From: Candidatus Parcubacteria bacterium | Lineage (GTDB): Bacteria; Patescibacteriota; Minisyncoccia; Phycocordibacterales; Zambryskibacteraceae | Direction of reading: 5' to 3' | Length of the DNA stretch: 64,000 nt | Assembly (NCBI GenBank): GCA_019661895.1 | Contig: JAIFWO010000001.1 | Span: 1,181-65,180 of the forward strand | Part shown: piece by piece, positions 47,728-56,367 of the stretch | How positions within the stretch are numbered: the stretch's first letter is position 1 | Layout: the number at the start of each line of letters is the position of its first letter | Notes under the pieces: generated by a model | Told to the model about the DNA's origin: nothing | The model's database searches: none | What the model saw: only the letters and a program-made list of their open reading frames with translations | Translations under genes and position numbers: made by a program

Positions 47728-48416
47728 GCTTCGAATTCTCCCCCATTATCTACGCCCTCCTCGGAGGCATCTTGCCCGCCTTCGTCTGGCTCCTCTTCTG
47801 GCTCGAGGAAGACAGAGACAATCCGGAACCCAACACCAAGCTCCTCGCCACCTTCCTCGCTGGCATGCTCGCGGTCATTGTGGTCTTACCCTTCCAAAAG
47901 GCTGTGGATAAGATCCTGCCTGGAGCTGGGCCCGTCGCCTTCCTCCTCTGGGCGGTGCTTGAAGAAGGGTTTAAATTTGCCGCCGCCTACTACGCCGGCC
48001 TCCGTGGAGCAGACGATGATGAGCCTCTAGACCCCATGATCTATATGATCACCGCGGCGCTCGGCTTCGCCGCGCTCGAAAACGCGCTCTTCCTTCTTAA
48101 CCCGCTCCTCCAGTCCGACATCACTGGCAGCCTTATTACGGGCAATTTGCGCTTTATTGGCTCGACCCTCCTCCACACCGTCTCCTCCGGTATCATTGGC
48201 ACTGCCCTCGATCTCACCTTCTACAAATCACGCGACGAGCGGGTAGCTTTGGGAGTCTTGGCATTTTTCCTCGCCATCTTTGCGCATACGGCCTTCAATC
48301 TATTTATCTTGAATGAATCCGGCTTTGGCACCTTCCTCACCTTCGCGACCGTCTGGGCCGGCATCACCGCTCTTATCCTCATGTTTGAAAAGGTTAAAAG
48401 TATGATGGTACAATAG
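47715..48416 (+). CDS. PrsW-family-like intramembrane metalloprotease
   Basis: It is polytopic with the motif EEGFKFAAAYYAG and later FAHTAFN. Confidence 0.45.
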   Translation: MADMSFEFSPIIYALLGGILPAFVWLLFWLEEDRDNPEPNTKLLATFLAGMLAVIVVLPFQKAVDKILPGAGPVAFLLWAVLEEGFKFAAAYYAGLRGADDDEPLDPMIYMITAALGFAALENALFLLNPLLQSDITGSLITGNLRFIGSTLLHTVSSGIIGTALDLTFYKSRDERVALGVLAFFLAIFAHTAFNLFILNESGFGTFLTFATVWAGITALILMFEKVKSMMVQ

Positions 48417-48434
48417 AGAGGTACTTTATAATTT

Positions 48435-48899
48435 ATGGCACACGAAAAAAGATCCTTTTTTGAACGGTTGACCGGAGCAGTGCGGCTCGAGGATGAGACT
48501 CACTCTTACGCCCCCGAGCCTCAAGCCCAAGCGCCGATCCGCTCTCTGGCTAACAGCTTGTACGAGGAGGAGGATGCCCAACTGACTGTCGATGTCTACC
48601 AGACTCCGACCGAGATCGTCATTAAGACTATGGTGGCGGGAGTCAAGCCGGAAGACCTCGACGTCTCCATTACCCGCGACTCGGTCAGCATCCGCGGCAA
48701 GCGCCAAGAGGACAGGACCATCTCGAGCGAGGATTACTTCCATCACGAGCTTTATTGGGGCTCCTTCTCGCGTACGATCGTCCTGCCGGAGGAAGTCGAT
48801 GTCGATAACGCCGAGGCCATCGAGAAGTATGGCCTCCTCATCCTGCGCCTCCCCAAGATCGACAAGCACCGCCAGACCAAGCTCAAGGTTCGAGGTTAA
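48435..48899 (+). CDS. Hsp20/alpha-crystallin family small heat-shock protein
   Basis: The ACD pattern is DVYQTPTEIVIKTMVAGVKPEDLDVSITRDSVSIRGKRQ...GSFSRTIVLPEEVD. Confidence 0.8.
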   Translation: MAHEKRSFFERLTGAVRLEDETHSYAPEPQAQAPIRSLANSLYEEEDAQLTVDVYQTPTEIVIKTMVAGVKPEDLDVSITRDSVSIRGKRQEDRTISSEDYFHHELYWGSFSRTIVLPEEVDVDNAEAIEKYGLLILRLPKIDKHRQTKLKVRG

Positions 48900-48931
48900 T
48901 TGAATAATTTAGACTTTCCCTTATACTAACG

Positions 48932-49174
48932 ATGAATCCAGACGAACGAGGCATGCTTGAGAGGGCGCTAAAGCTCTCTGAGGAGAACAACAAAATCCTT
49001 AGGAAGATGCAGCGAACCGCTCGATGGGCGGCGGTCTGGGGAGTCATTAAGTTTCTGGTGCTTATTATCCCTCTTATTGTCGGCTATCTATACCTGGAGC
49101 CGTACCTTAAGGGTCTTGAGCCATTATTTAAACAAGCTCAGACGGTATTTAGCGGAGAGACATTGCCGAGGTAG
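48932..49174 (+). CDS. hypothetical small membrane protein
   Basis: ORF with one TM helix. Its 3' end abuts tRNA-Phe. Confidence 0.3.
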   Translation: MNPDERGMLERALKLSEENNKILRKMQRTARWAAVWGVIKFLVLIIPLIVGYLYLEPYLKGLEPLFKQAQTVFSGETLPR

Positions 49175-49237
49175 CTCAGTTGGTAGAGCATTCCCCTGAA
49201 GAGGGAAGGGTCACCAGTTCGAATCTGGTCCTCGGCA
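49165..49237 (+). tRNA. tRNA-Phe (anticodon GAA)
   Basis: The acceptor pairs gccgagg with cctcggc. The loop is ctGAAga and the T-arm is accag-ttcgaat-ctggt. Confidence 0.85.
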
Positions 49238-49244
49238 CATTGTT

Positions 49245-49290
49245 ATAAAGAAAAGAGCCCGATCATCTGGGCTCTTGGTGAGGCTCGACT
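49245..49290 (+). terminator. terminator-like hairpin after tRNA-Phe
   Basis: The hairpin agagcccaga-tgatc-gggctct is read on the opposite strand. There is no strong T-run on the plus strand. Confidence 0.35.
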
Positions 49291-49648
49291 AGCCTGTTTT
49301 ACGTCTAACGACGTGACGCCGATCGATCCCCTTTGGGATGTTCTCTTTTTGTTCCAGTTTTCGGCGCTCTTCCGATTCACGCATACTTATTTCGTCGACG
49401 ATACGATCTCGAACTTTCTCAGGAGAATCGTGCGGCCAGACTGGCACAGTAACACTATGGAACTGAACCAGTATAACCTCCTCCTCGTTTGTTGCATGCT
49501 CGCTTGCCACTTCGGCAAGCAACTTCGAGTCGACGGCGTTGGCACCTGCGACCAGTCTTGGAATTTTTGGCGACATTATAATCTCCTCGCGCTGAATGTG
49601 CTGCTCCTGCCACGACCGATACTGGCGTGAGGAGACTACGTCTAGCAA
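49289..49648 (-). CDS. hypothetical protein
   Basis: ORF. The start may be the internal MSPKIP. Confidence 0.3.
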   Translation of the reverse strand: MLDVVSSRQYRSWQEQHIQREEIIMSPKIPRLVAGANAVDSKLLAEVASEHATNEEEVILVQFHSVTVPVWPHDSPEKVRDRIVDEISMRESEERRKLEQKENIPKGIDRRHVVRRKTG

Positions 49649-49712
49649 GTATTATAAATCACTCTAGAATAAAAAATCAAGTGTCAAGAAAAACTGTGGA
49701 TAACTCGATGGG

Positions 49713-49784
49713 TGCTCTCGATAGGAATCGAACCTACATCTCATCCTTAGGACGGATTTGCTCTATCCATTGAGCTACGAGAGC
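49713..49784 (-). tRNA. tRNA-Arg (anticodon CCT)
   Basis: The acceptor pairs gctctcg with cgagagc. The D-arm is gctc-aatggata-gagc, the loop is gtCCTaa and the T-arm is gtagg-ttcgatt-cctat. Confidence 0.75.
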
Positions 49785-49805
49785 GATTTTAGGCTGCGAG
49801 GGCCT

Positions 49806-50060
49806 TTATACGGCTACACCAAGAAGGTCCGTAAGCCTCCTCTGGTCGAAGCCGATAACCACATCTTGATCGTCTATGACAATGACAGGCACGCCAAGCT
49901 GGCCGGACTTATCCATCATCTCCTCTCTCTTAGAGATATCACTCGCCACGTCGTAGTCGGTAAAGGCGATGTGATGCTCGGTAAAGAACTCCTTGGCCAT
50001 GTGGCAGAAGTGGCAGGAAGGGGTTGAATATATTTCTACTTTTTTCCCATTAATATTCAT
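49806..50060 (-). CDS. nrdH: glutaredoxin-like protein (NrdH/Grx family)
   Basis: The CxxC reads SCHFC. The thioredoxin fold is short, with GVPVIVID. Confidence 0.65.
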   Translation of the reverse strand: MNINGKKVEIYSTPSCHFCHMAKEFFTEHHIAFTDYDVASDISKREEMMDKSGQLGVPVIVIDDQDVVIGFDQRRLTDLLGVAV

Positions 50061-50440
50061 AGTGCAGAGAGTATACCATCCCAGAATCTCTTGTACCAGG
50101 GCTCAGTCGACGAGGCGTCACTGCTGGAGCTCTTGGAGGAGTCGACGATGACTGCCACACGCTCCCCTGCAGCCGAGACGTTAAATTTCTGCTTTATTTC
50201 CTCGTTTATGCCCTCCTCAGTTTTCAATTTGTTGATCTCGGTATTAAGCCGCCTCTCTTCTTCGGACAGGGCGATGGATTTGGCTTCGAGCGCTAAGACA
50301 TCCGCGGCACTTTGGCGCTCTTTAAGCATAATCCCAACAGCCCCTCGAGCCAAAAACAGGGTAAAAACGACAAAAACGACTAAAGCCGGGGTCGAATATA
50401 AACGCTGTTTGATCCGCTGTCTCTTTTGAAGTTCACGCAT
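50057..50440 (-). CDS. ftsB: FtsB/FtsL/DivIC-like septum-formation protein (TM + coiled coil)
   Basis: An N-terminal TM is followed by a leucine-zipper-like coiled coil and a Ser-rich tail. Confidence 0.4.
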   Translation of the reverse strand: MRELQKRQRIKQRLYSTPALVVFVVFTLFLARGAVGIMLKERQSAADVLALEAKSIALSEEERRLNTEINKLKTEEGINEEIKQKFNVSAAGERVAVIVDSSKSSSSDASSTEPWYKRFWDGILSAL

Positions 50441-50580
50441 TGGAAATATCTTATCTCCATGCTACCATACCCCTATGTTCGACAAACGCCACAAGAAGAA
50501 GCTCCACGGCATCATGGTCGTCGTCTCCGTGATGATGATCCTAGGTATGCTCCTACTCTACGTTCCGAGCTTCCGTTAAA

Positions 50581-52821
50581 CTACCTCAACCAATCCCCCG
50601 CCACCCAGCCATCTACTCCTGAGGAGAAGTCTACTTGCCACCAGGTGTATCCTGAGCCAGTCTGTGGTCCAGCCACGATCACTCCGGTTGATCCAGCTTT
50701 CTGCTGGCCCAAAGGCTTGCCTTTGGTGGTAGCCGTAGAGCGGACGTTTACCTTAGAGGTGGTAGTGACGAAGGAGCCGATCCCGAGGATAGTAGGCGGA
50801 GGAGTGCTTGGATCTACGGGAGTAAGGACTGAAACCGGAGAGGATTGAGCGGAAGAGTTGCCGGCAGCGTCCATGGCACTGACCGAGTATGAGTAACTGG
50901 TGCCAGCCACTACCGTACCGTCTGTATAGGAAGTGTTGGTAACCGTGTTGAGAAGCGCGCCGTTCTTGAAGATCTTGTAGCCGGTGACTGCGACGTTGTC
51001 TGTGGAAGCGGACCAAGAGAGATTCACGTGGGTAGTGTCTGAAGCTGTGCCTTGGAGGTTCTGAGGGACAGAAGGAGCCGTGGTATCTCCAGAAGTTGGA
51101 GGCGGAGGAGGAGGGAGGGAGATGGAACCGCTCCAGTCACCGGAGACTGCGCCTCGGGTAGCGTAGAGGACGGCGTCTATGTCTGCTCCTGGGTCAGAGC
51201 CGTCTGAAGCTTTGCCTTTGTATGGAGAGTTGGAAGAGAGGTGGAAGTCGGTGGAGGAGACGAAGCCGATGGCAGCTTTATTCTCAGGGTACATATTGTT
51301 TGGAGGGAGTGTCCAGGCCGCGCAGTATTTGTTCGGATCGCAGACAATGGTATTGTGGTCGAACAGCCAGCTCGGTGATGCCGCATTAAGCGTGGCGGTA
51401 CCATTCGCGCCACTACCAAAGATTGTGTACAGAGCGTCGCCGCCGACATTGTCTTGAATAACCAAGTTTGGCGCTGACGGGTCTATGATGCTCCATGTAT
51501 CGGTACTAAAGCCTGTGTTGTGAATGAAAGTTAAATTGGCAAAGCCATTGACAGTAAGGTACCGCCAAGGTGGGTTGTCTGCCCTCTGACCGACATCGAG
51601 GTTGTTCGCGATGTACAGATTCTTCATAGGAATAGTCGAGGTGTCGTATCTGGCGCTGAGCGAGTATAGTGAGTTTACATTCTTCAGCATGTTATTGCGA
51701 ATGGTGATGTCCGATGTCGTACACCAGCTGCAGCCAGAGTTTGCCGACCAGAGCGCAAAGCCCCAGCCCGCCTGATCTTGCTGCCAACTGTTCTCAAGTA
51801 CGTTTCCTTCGATAAGCACACGTACGCCTGATTTGAATTCAACAAGATTTTTTATCGATCGGTGGATGCCATCATAAGAAGGGTCGCTGGCGCGCCAGGA
51901 GAGCGGTTTGAAGATGTGGTTACCGCGAATTTCAACATCAGATGGAATGAGACCGGTGATATGTGGAGTAAAGCCGCCAATCGCAATGTTCTCAGCGGAG
52001 GCTTCGAGATAATTGTTATTAATCTTGTATGGACCAGGGCCATTACCCATAGTAATGGCTTGGACATCGAAGCCATCGTTCTCACATTTACTAATATAAC
52101 TTTCAACGACGGCACTCCAGGCGCTATGCAGACCAATGCACTTGCGGTTTTGCAACGTATCAAGTCCGTGTACATATGAACGGTCAAGTATCAAATGGTG
52201 AGGAACGCTTGCAAGCGTATTTTGGATGGTTCCTTCAGCAGTTCCGAAGGAAAGGATCTGGTTTACATCAGTAAGGGTTGGGGCTACCGTGACTTCAAGT
52301 CCGATGAGTCGGTAATAGTTCGCACCAGCCTCGGTATCCAAGGTCCAACTGTAATTCTGCCCTGTTTGTATTTTCGCGAGCTGAGATGCGTCGGTCGGCT
52401 TTACTCTCCTACCCTCCGGAGGCAGGGCACCATTGGACTTAATGACGATCCATTGATTGTTAGGGTTAGACTTGTTCCTTAAGACGAAGTTGCCGGTGTA
52501 AGTGGCTCCCGCTTGGAGGACAATGGTGTCTCCAGGCTGAGCGGTATCAAGAGCGGCTTGGAGGTTTCCGCCTGAGGTGACATTGATAGTCTGGCCACTC
52601 TGTGTTGGCATAGTAGTGTCCACGTAGGCTCGAGGGAGCTCGGCGGGGCCGGCAAAGCCGGAGTAGCTTTGGTTCACTGAGGCGGTATTAGGTCTTGATG
52701 CCGGAGCAGATCTGAGTACATATAAAGCGCCGACCAGAACAATAGCGACAAGGAACGAGCCGAATATTGATACTTTTTTCATAAGATTTGTTAAGCTTCT
52801 CATCCTATGATTATACCTCAA
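50581..52821 (-). CDS. secreted right-handed beta-helix (pectate-lyase-like) protein with C-terminal FN3 and SH3b domains, paralogue A
   Basis: An N-anchor is followed by QTINVTSGGNLQAALDTAQPGDTIVLQAGATYTGNF and parallel beta-helix repeats. FN3 reads APSVPQNLQGTASDTTHVNLSWSAS...AGNSS. The SH3b-like domain reads VNVRSTATTKGKPLG...GYTWWQVDF. Confidence 0.55.
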   Translation of the reverse strand: MRYNHRMRSLTNLMKKVSIFGSFLVAIVLVGALYVLRSAPASRPNTASVNQSYSGFAGPAELPRAYVDTTMPTQSGQTINVTSGGNLQAALDTAQPGDTIVLQAGATYTGNFVLRNKSNPNNQWIVIKSNGALPPEGRRVKPTDASQLAKIQTGQNYSWTLDTEAGANYYRLIGLEVTVAPTLTDVNQILSFGTAEGTIQNTLASVPHHLILDRSYVHGLDTLQNRKCIGLHSAWSAVVESYISKCENDGFDVQAITMGNGPGPYKINNNYLEASAENIAIGGFTPHITGLIPSDVEIRGNHIFKPLSWRASDPSYDGIHRSIKNLVEFKSGVRVLIEGNVLENSWQQDQAGWGFALWSANSGCSWCTTSDITIRNNMLKNVNSLYSLSARYDTSTIPMKNLYIANNLDVGQRADNPPWRYLTVNGFANLTFIHNTGFSTDTWSIIDPSAPNLVIQDNVGGDALYTIFGSGANGTATLNAASPSWLFDHNTIVCDPNKYCAAWTLPPNNMYPENKAAIGFVSSTDFHLSSNSPYKGKASDGSDPGADIDAVLYATRGAVSGDWSGSISLPPPPPPTSGDTTAPSVPQNLQGTASDTTHVNLSWSASTDNVAVTGYKIFKNGALLNTVTNTSYTDGTVVAGTSYSYSVSAMDAAGNSSAQSSPVSVLTPVDPSTPPPTILGIGSFVTTTSKVNVRSTATTKGKPLGQQKAGSTGVIVAGPQTGSGYTWWQVDFSSGVDGWVAGDWLR

Positions 52822-54675
52822 CTATTCCGATCTCATCATCTTCAAAAAGACCTCTTGGGGAATAGCCACCGTGCCCTTGCCGCGCTCGGCCATCTTCTTC
52901 TTACCCTTCTTCTGCTTCTCCCTAAGCTTCATCTTGCGGGTAATGTCACCTCCGTACATGTGCTGGGTGACATCCTTCTTCATGCCTGAGAGTGTTCGTG
53001 AGGCAATGATGCGGCCAAAAGCCTTGGCTTGGATCTTGAGGGTAAACATTTGTCTCGGGAGGAGTTTAGACAGCTTCTCGACCGCTGTCTCTGCTTCAAG
53101 CTCCACCTGCCTTCTGGAAATGACTTTGGCAAAGGCGGCCACTGGCTCGTCGGCTACCACAATGTCCATCCGGGTCACGTCGGCAGCGCGTTCCTCGGCC
53201 ACGTCGTATGAGATAGAGGCAAAGCCCGATGAAGCACTCTTCAATTTATCGAAAAAGCTTCTCATGAGTTCGCGCAGCGGCATGAGGAGAGTGAGCGAGG
53301 TTCTGTCTGCCAGCGTGTGCGTCTCCCCCACCTCGGCCTCATGCTCATAGAGAAGCTGCAAGATTGTTCCCAAATACTCCGGCGGCGTAATGATGGAGGC
53401 CTTGACCCATGGCTCACGCACGCTTGAGACCAAATGATCTTCCGGGAAAAATGATGGAGTATAGATCGTCTCTTCCTTGCCATTTTTGTATGTCACTTTG
53501 TACGTAATAGACGGCAGAGTGATGATAAGCGGCAGGTTAAACTCGCGCCGCAGCCGCTCGCTAATAATTTCCAAATGGAGCATGCCGAGGAAGCCACAGC
53601 GATATCCTCGGCCGAGCACTCCGGAGGACTCTTCCTCAAAGGAGAAGGCCGAGTCGGTGAGCTTGAGACGCAAGAGAGCCTGCTTAAGAAGGGTGAAATC
53701 GTCTTGCGACTCTGGATAGATAGAGGCCCACACCACCGGGCGAGCCTCGCGGTACCCTTCGAGGGCGGGCTCAGTGTCTGAAGCCGCCGAGACGGTGTCG
53801 CCTACCGAGACCACCCCAGGCTCTTTGATCCCGGTGACGATATATCCGATCTCGCCCTCGTTTAAGAATTCGGCCGGCGTCTCTTCGGGAGCGAAGATAC
53901 CCACCTCAAGGGCTTGGAAGGTCTTGCCCGCTACTTTAAATATCAAATTCTCCCCTTTCATGACCTTGCCACGCATCGCTCTCACAAAGACAATCACTCC
54001 CCTATGATTTGAATATTTGAAATCGAAGACCAAAGATCGGAAGGCGCCGAGCGTGTCACGAGAAAAGTCTGGTTGAGCAAGGCGACCCGAAGACTTTTCG
54101 AGAGGCAGGCTCGGCGCTGGAACTTTTGTTACAACAGCCTCGAGAAGTTCTTTTACCCCTTCGCCCGTCTTACCAGAGACTAGCAAAATATCTTTTTCAT
54201 CTACCTCAAGAAGGGTCATGATTTCTTGCTTCACTTCCTCAATCCTCGCTAAAGGTGAATCGATTTTGGAAACGACGGGGATGATGGTTAAGCCGGCCTC
54301 ACGCGCCATGCCAAGGGTGGTCAGGGTCTGAGCTTGTACCCCTTGAGTGGCATCGACAAGTAAGATCGAGCCCTCCACGGCCTTAAGCGCTCTTGAGACC
54401 TCGTAGGAGAAGTCGATGTGCCCGGGGGTGTCGATGAGATTAAGGATAAAATCTGGTCCCTCGCGATGCTCGGGACCTTCAGGATGATAAATCATCCTTA
54501 CGGGTTGCATCTTGATAGTAATCCCCCTTTCGCGCTCGAGCTCCATCGAGTCGAGGACTTGTTCCTTCATCTTCCGCTTCTCGATAGTACCAGTCAGCTC
54601 AAGCATCCTGTCAGCCAAAGTGGACTTGCCGTGATCAATATGAGCAATGATTGAGAAGTTTCGAATATGATCCAT
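52822..54675 (-). CDS. lepA: elongation factor 4
   Basis: The N-terminus reads [23 protein letters not shown]. The LepA-specific C-terminal domain is present. Confidence 0.95.
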   Translation of the reverse strand: MDHIRNFSIIAHIDHGKSTLADRMLELTGTIEKRKMKEQVLDSMELERERGITIKMQPVRMIYHPEGPEHREGPDFILNLIDTPGHIDFSYEVSRALKAVEGSILLVDATQGVQAQTLTTLGMAREAGLTIIPVVSKIDSPLARIEEVKQEIMTLLEVDEKDILLVSGKTGEGVKELLEAVVTKVPAPSLPLEKSSGRLAQPDFSRDTLGAFRSLVFDFKYSNHRGVIVFVRAMRGKVMKGENLIFKVAGKTFQALEVGIFAPEETPAEFLNEGEIGYIVTGIKEPGVVSVGDTVSAASDTEPALEGYREARPVVWASIYPESQDDFTLLKQALLRLKLTDSAFSFEEESSGVLGRGYRCGFLGMLHLEIISERLRREFNLPLIITLPSITYKVTYKNGKEETIYTPSFFPEDHLVSSVREPWVKASIITPPEYLGTILQLLYEHEAEVGETHTLADRTSLTLLMPLRELMRSFFDKLKSASSGFASISYDVAEERAADVTRMDIVVADEPVAAFAKVISRRQVELEAETAVEKLSKLLPRQMFTLKIQAKAFGRIIASRTLSGMKKDVTQHMYGGDITRKMKLREKQKKGKKKMAERGKGTVAIPQEVFLKMMRSE

Positions 54676-54686
54676 GGCACCTTACG

Positions 54687-56366
54687 CTACACGATTTCGG
54701 GATTCTGGGCAATGACTTTGGCCTTCCAGAACTTGGCATGGACAGCTCTCCAGGACTCCGCGAGTTCGCGAGAGCCGAGGAGCCGAAGGACTAAGATCCC
54801 AATGACAATACCTACCATACCCGCTACGAGGCCTTGGAGGAAGATGCCTGGAAGAGTATTGAGGTTAAAGAGCGGCGCGAAGAGGGTAAGAGCAATATGG
54901 CTGGCGTAACCCATAACTACCGAGGCGCTCGAGCATTCAAAGAGAGTCCGCTTAACAGACTTCGAGAATCCGCCATACTCTCGCTCAAAGCCGATCCAGT
55001 GCACCACGCCGTTAATGATCGTACCGACCGAGTAGCCCAAGGGCAGCATAAGCACCGCCGCGCTCCCAGAGAGATCATCGACCTTAAGAAGTGCCGTGAT
55101 GAAATAACGGAAGCCTTCGAAACTGTAAAATACTTTTACAAAGAAATATGTGCAAGCGATCAAGATGCCCGTGGAAGCAAGATTAATAAGCAAGGGCTTC
55201 CTGGTCTGCCCCGCCGAGTAGAAGGCTCTGATGAAAAGAAGTAGCAAACTTTGGAAAAGGGCCGAGACAGAGAAGATGGCCAGGGCGGCGGCGGTGAGTC
55301 GGGTGTCGTCCCAATTGAAGCGGCCCGTGCCGAGGAGCACGCGCACGATCTGCGCTCTTAAGACAATGAAGAGCGCCGTCACCGGCAGAGACCAGAAGAT
55401 GATATGCCGCGTCGTGGTCGCCATCTGTTCGATGAAGCCTTGTATATTTTTCTGCGAGAAGTATCGCGAGAGCGTCGGGAAGACTGCCAAAGAATACGAG
55501 ACTCCGATGATGGAGAGCGGCACCGAAGAAATATTGAAGGAGAAGGAGTATATGGAGATCGACCCGACGGCCATGAGCGAGGCCAAAGAGACTAGAAAGA
55601 TCGTGGATATATGGTTAATGGAGAGCGTCAGGGTGCGCGGGAAGGAGAGCAGCACCACTCTTCGAATGGAAGCGAAGTCGAAGAAGGCCTTGAACCTCGG
55701 CATGAGGCCCATCTTTATCACGTAGGGAATCTGGATAAGGGCATGGAGAAGCGCTCCCAGAGCTACTCCCCAGGCCACGCCCATGACACCGAACTTAGGC
55801 ACAAGAATTAAGACGCCTAGAATAATACCGGCATTGTAGACTACCGGCGCGAAGGCATAGACCAAGAAGCGGTTATAGGCCTGAGTGAGCGAGCCGAAGA
55901 GATTCGAGAAGCCGAGGAATATCGGCGAAAGCAGTAAGATCCTCGAGAGCAAGATGACCTGCGAGAGCGCCTCGCCAGAAAGGCCTTTAAAGAGAATGGG
56001 AGAGAACACCGGGATAAGGAAGTATGCCAGACCGCAGACGATGATGATGAGGAAGGAGAAGAACGAGAAGATATCATTTATAAACTCCTTGACCGCCTCT
56101 CTCCCCTCTTCCTCACGTTCCACGATGAAGGGCACGATCACCGAAAGCGAGACGATCGAGGCCACAGTGACGAACAGGAAGTCCGGAATGCGGAAGGCCG
56201 CGTAGTAGGTATCGAGCTCACTACCGGCACCGAAAACGTGCGCCAGTAAGCGATCTCGCAGGAAGGCCAGCACCTGGCTCAAGAGAGCAAAGAAGCCAAG
56301 AAGATACGCCGCCTGATGGAGAGTGGAGGTCTCCTTATAGAGAAGGGTAAGAAACTTCTTGACCAT
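54687..56366 (-). CDS. murJ: lipid II flippase MurJ (MviN)
   Basis: 14-TM MOP-family organisation, ending FGAGSELDTYYAAFRIPDF. Confidence 0.85.
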   Translation of the reverse strand: MVKKFLTLLYKETSTLHQAAYLLGFFALLSQVLAFLRDRLLAHVFGAGSELDTYYAAFRIPDFLFVTVASIVSLSVIVPFIVEREEEGREAVKEFINDIFSFFSFLIIIVCGLAYFLIPVFSPILFKGLSGEALSQVILLSRILLLSPIFLGFSNLFGSLTQAYNRFLVYAFAPVVYNAGIILGVLILVPKFGVMGVAWGVALGALLHALIQIPYVIKMGLMPRFKAFFDFASIRRVVLLSFPRTLTLSINHISTIFLVSLASLMAVGSISIYSFSFNISSVPLSIIGVSYSLAVFPTLSRYFSQKNIQGFIEQMATTTRHIIFWSLPVTALFIVLRAQIVRVLLGTGRFNWDDTRLTAAALAIFSVSALFQSLLLLFIRAFYSAGQTRKPLLINLASTGILIACTYFFVKVFYSFEGFRYFITALLKVDDLSGSAAVLMLPLGYSVGTIINGVVHWIGFEREYGGFSKSVKRTLFECSSASVVMGYASHIALTLFAPLFNLNTLPGIFLQGLVAGMVGIVIGILVLRLLGSRELAESWRAVHAKFWKAKVIAQNPEIV

Positions 56367-56367
56367 C

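Noticed and set aside
49758-50027. 89-aa plus-strand ORF
   Set aside because: It starts inside tRNA-Arg and is antisense to the glutaredoxin-like gene, whose CxxC motif identifies the real frame.
50426-50848. 140-aa plus ORF
   Set aside because: It is antisense to the 3' end of beta-helix paralogue A and overlaps the ftsB-like gene start.
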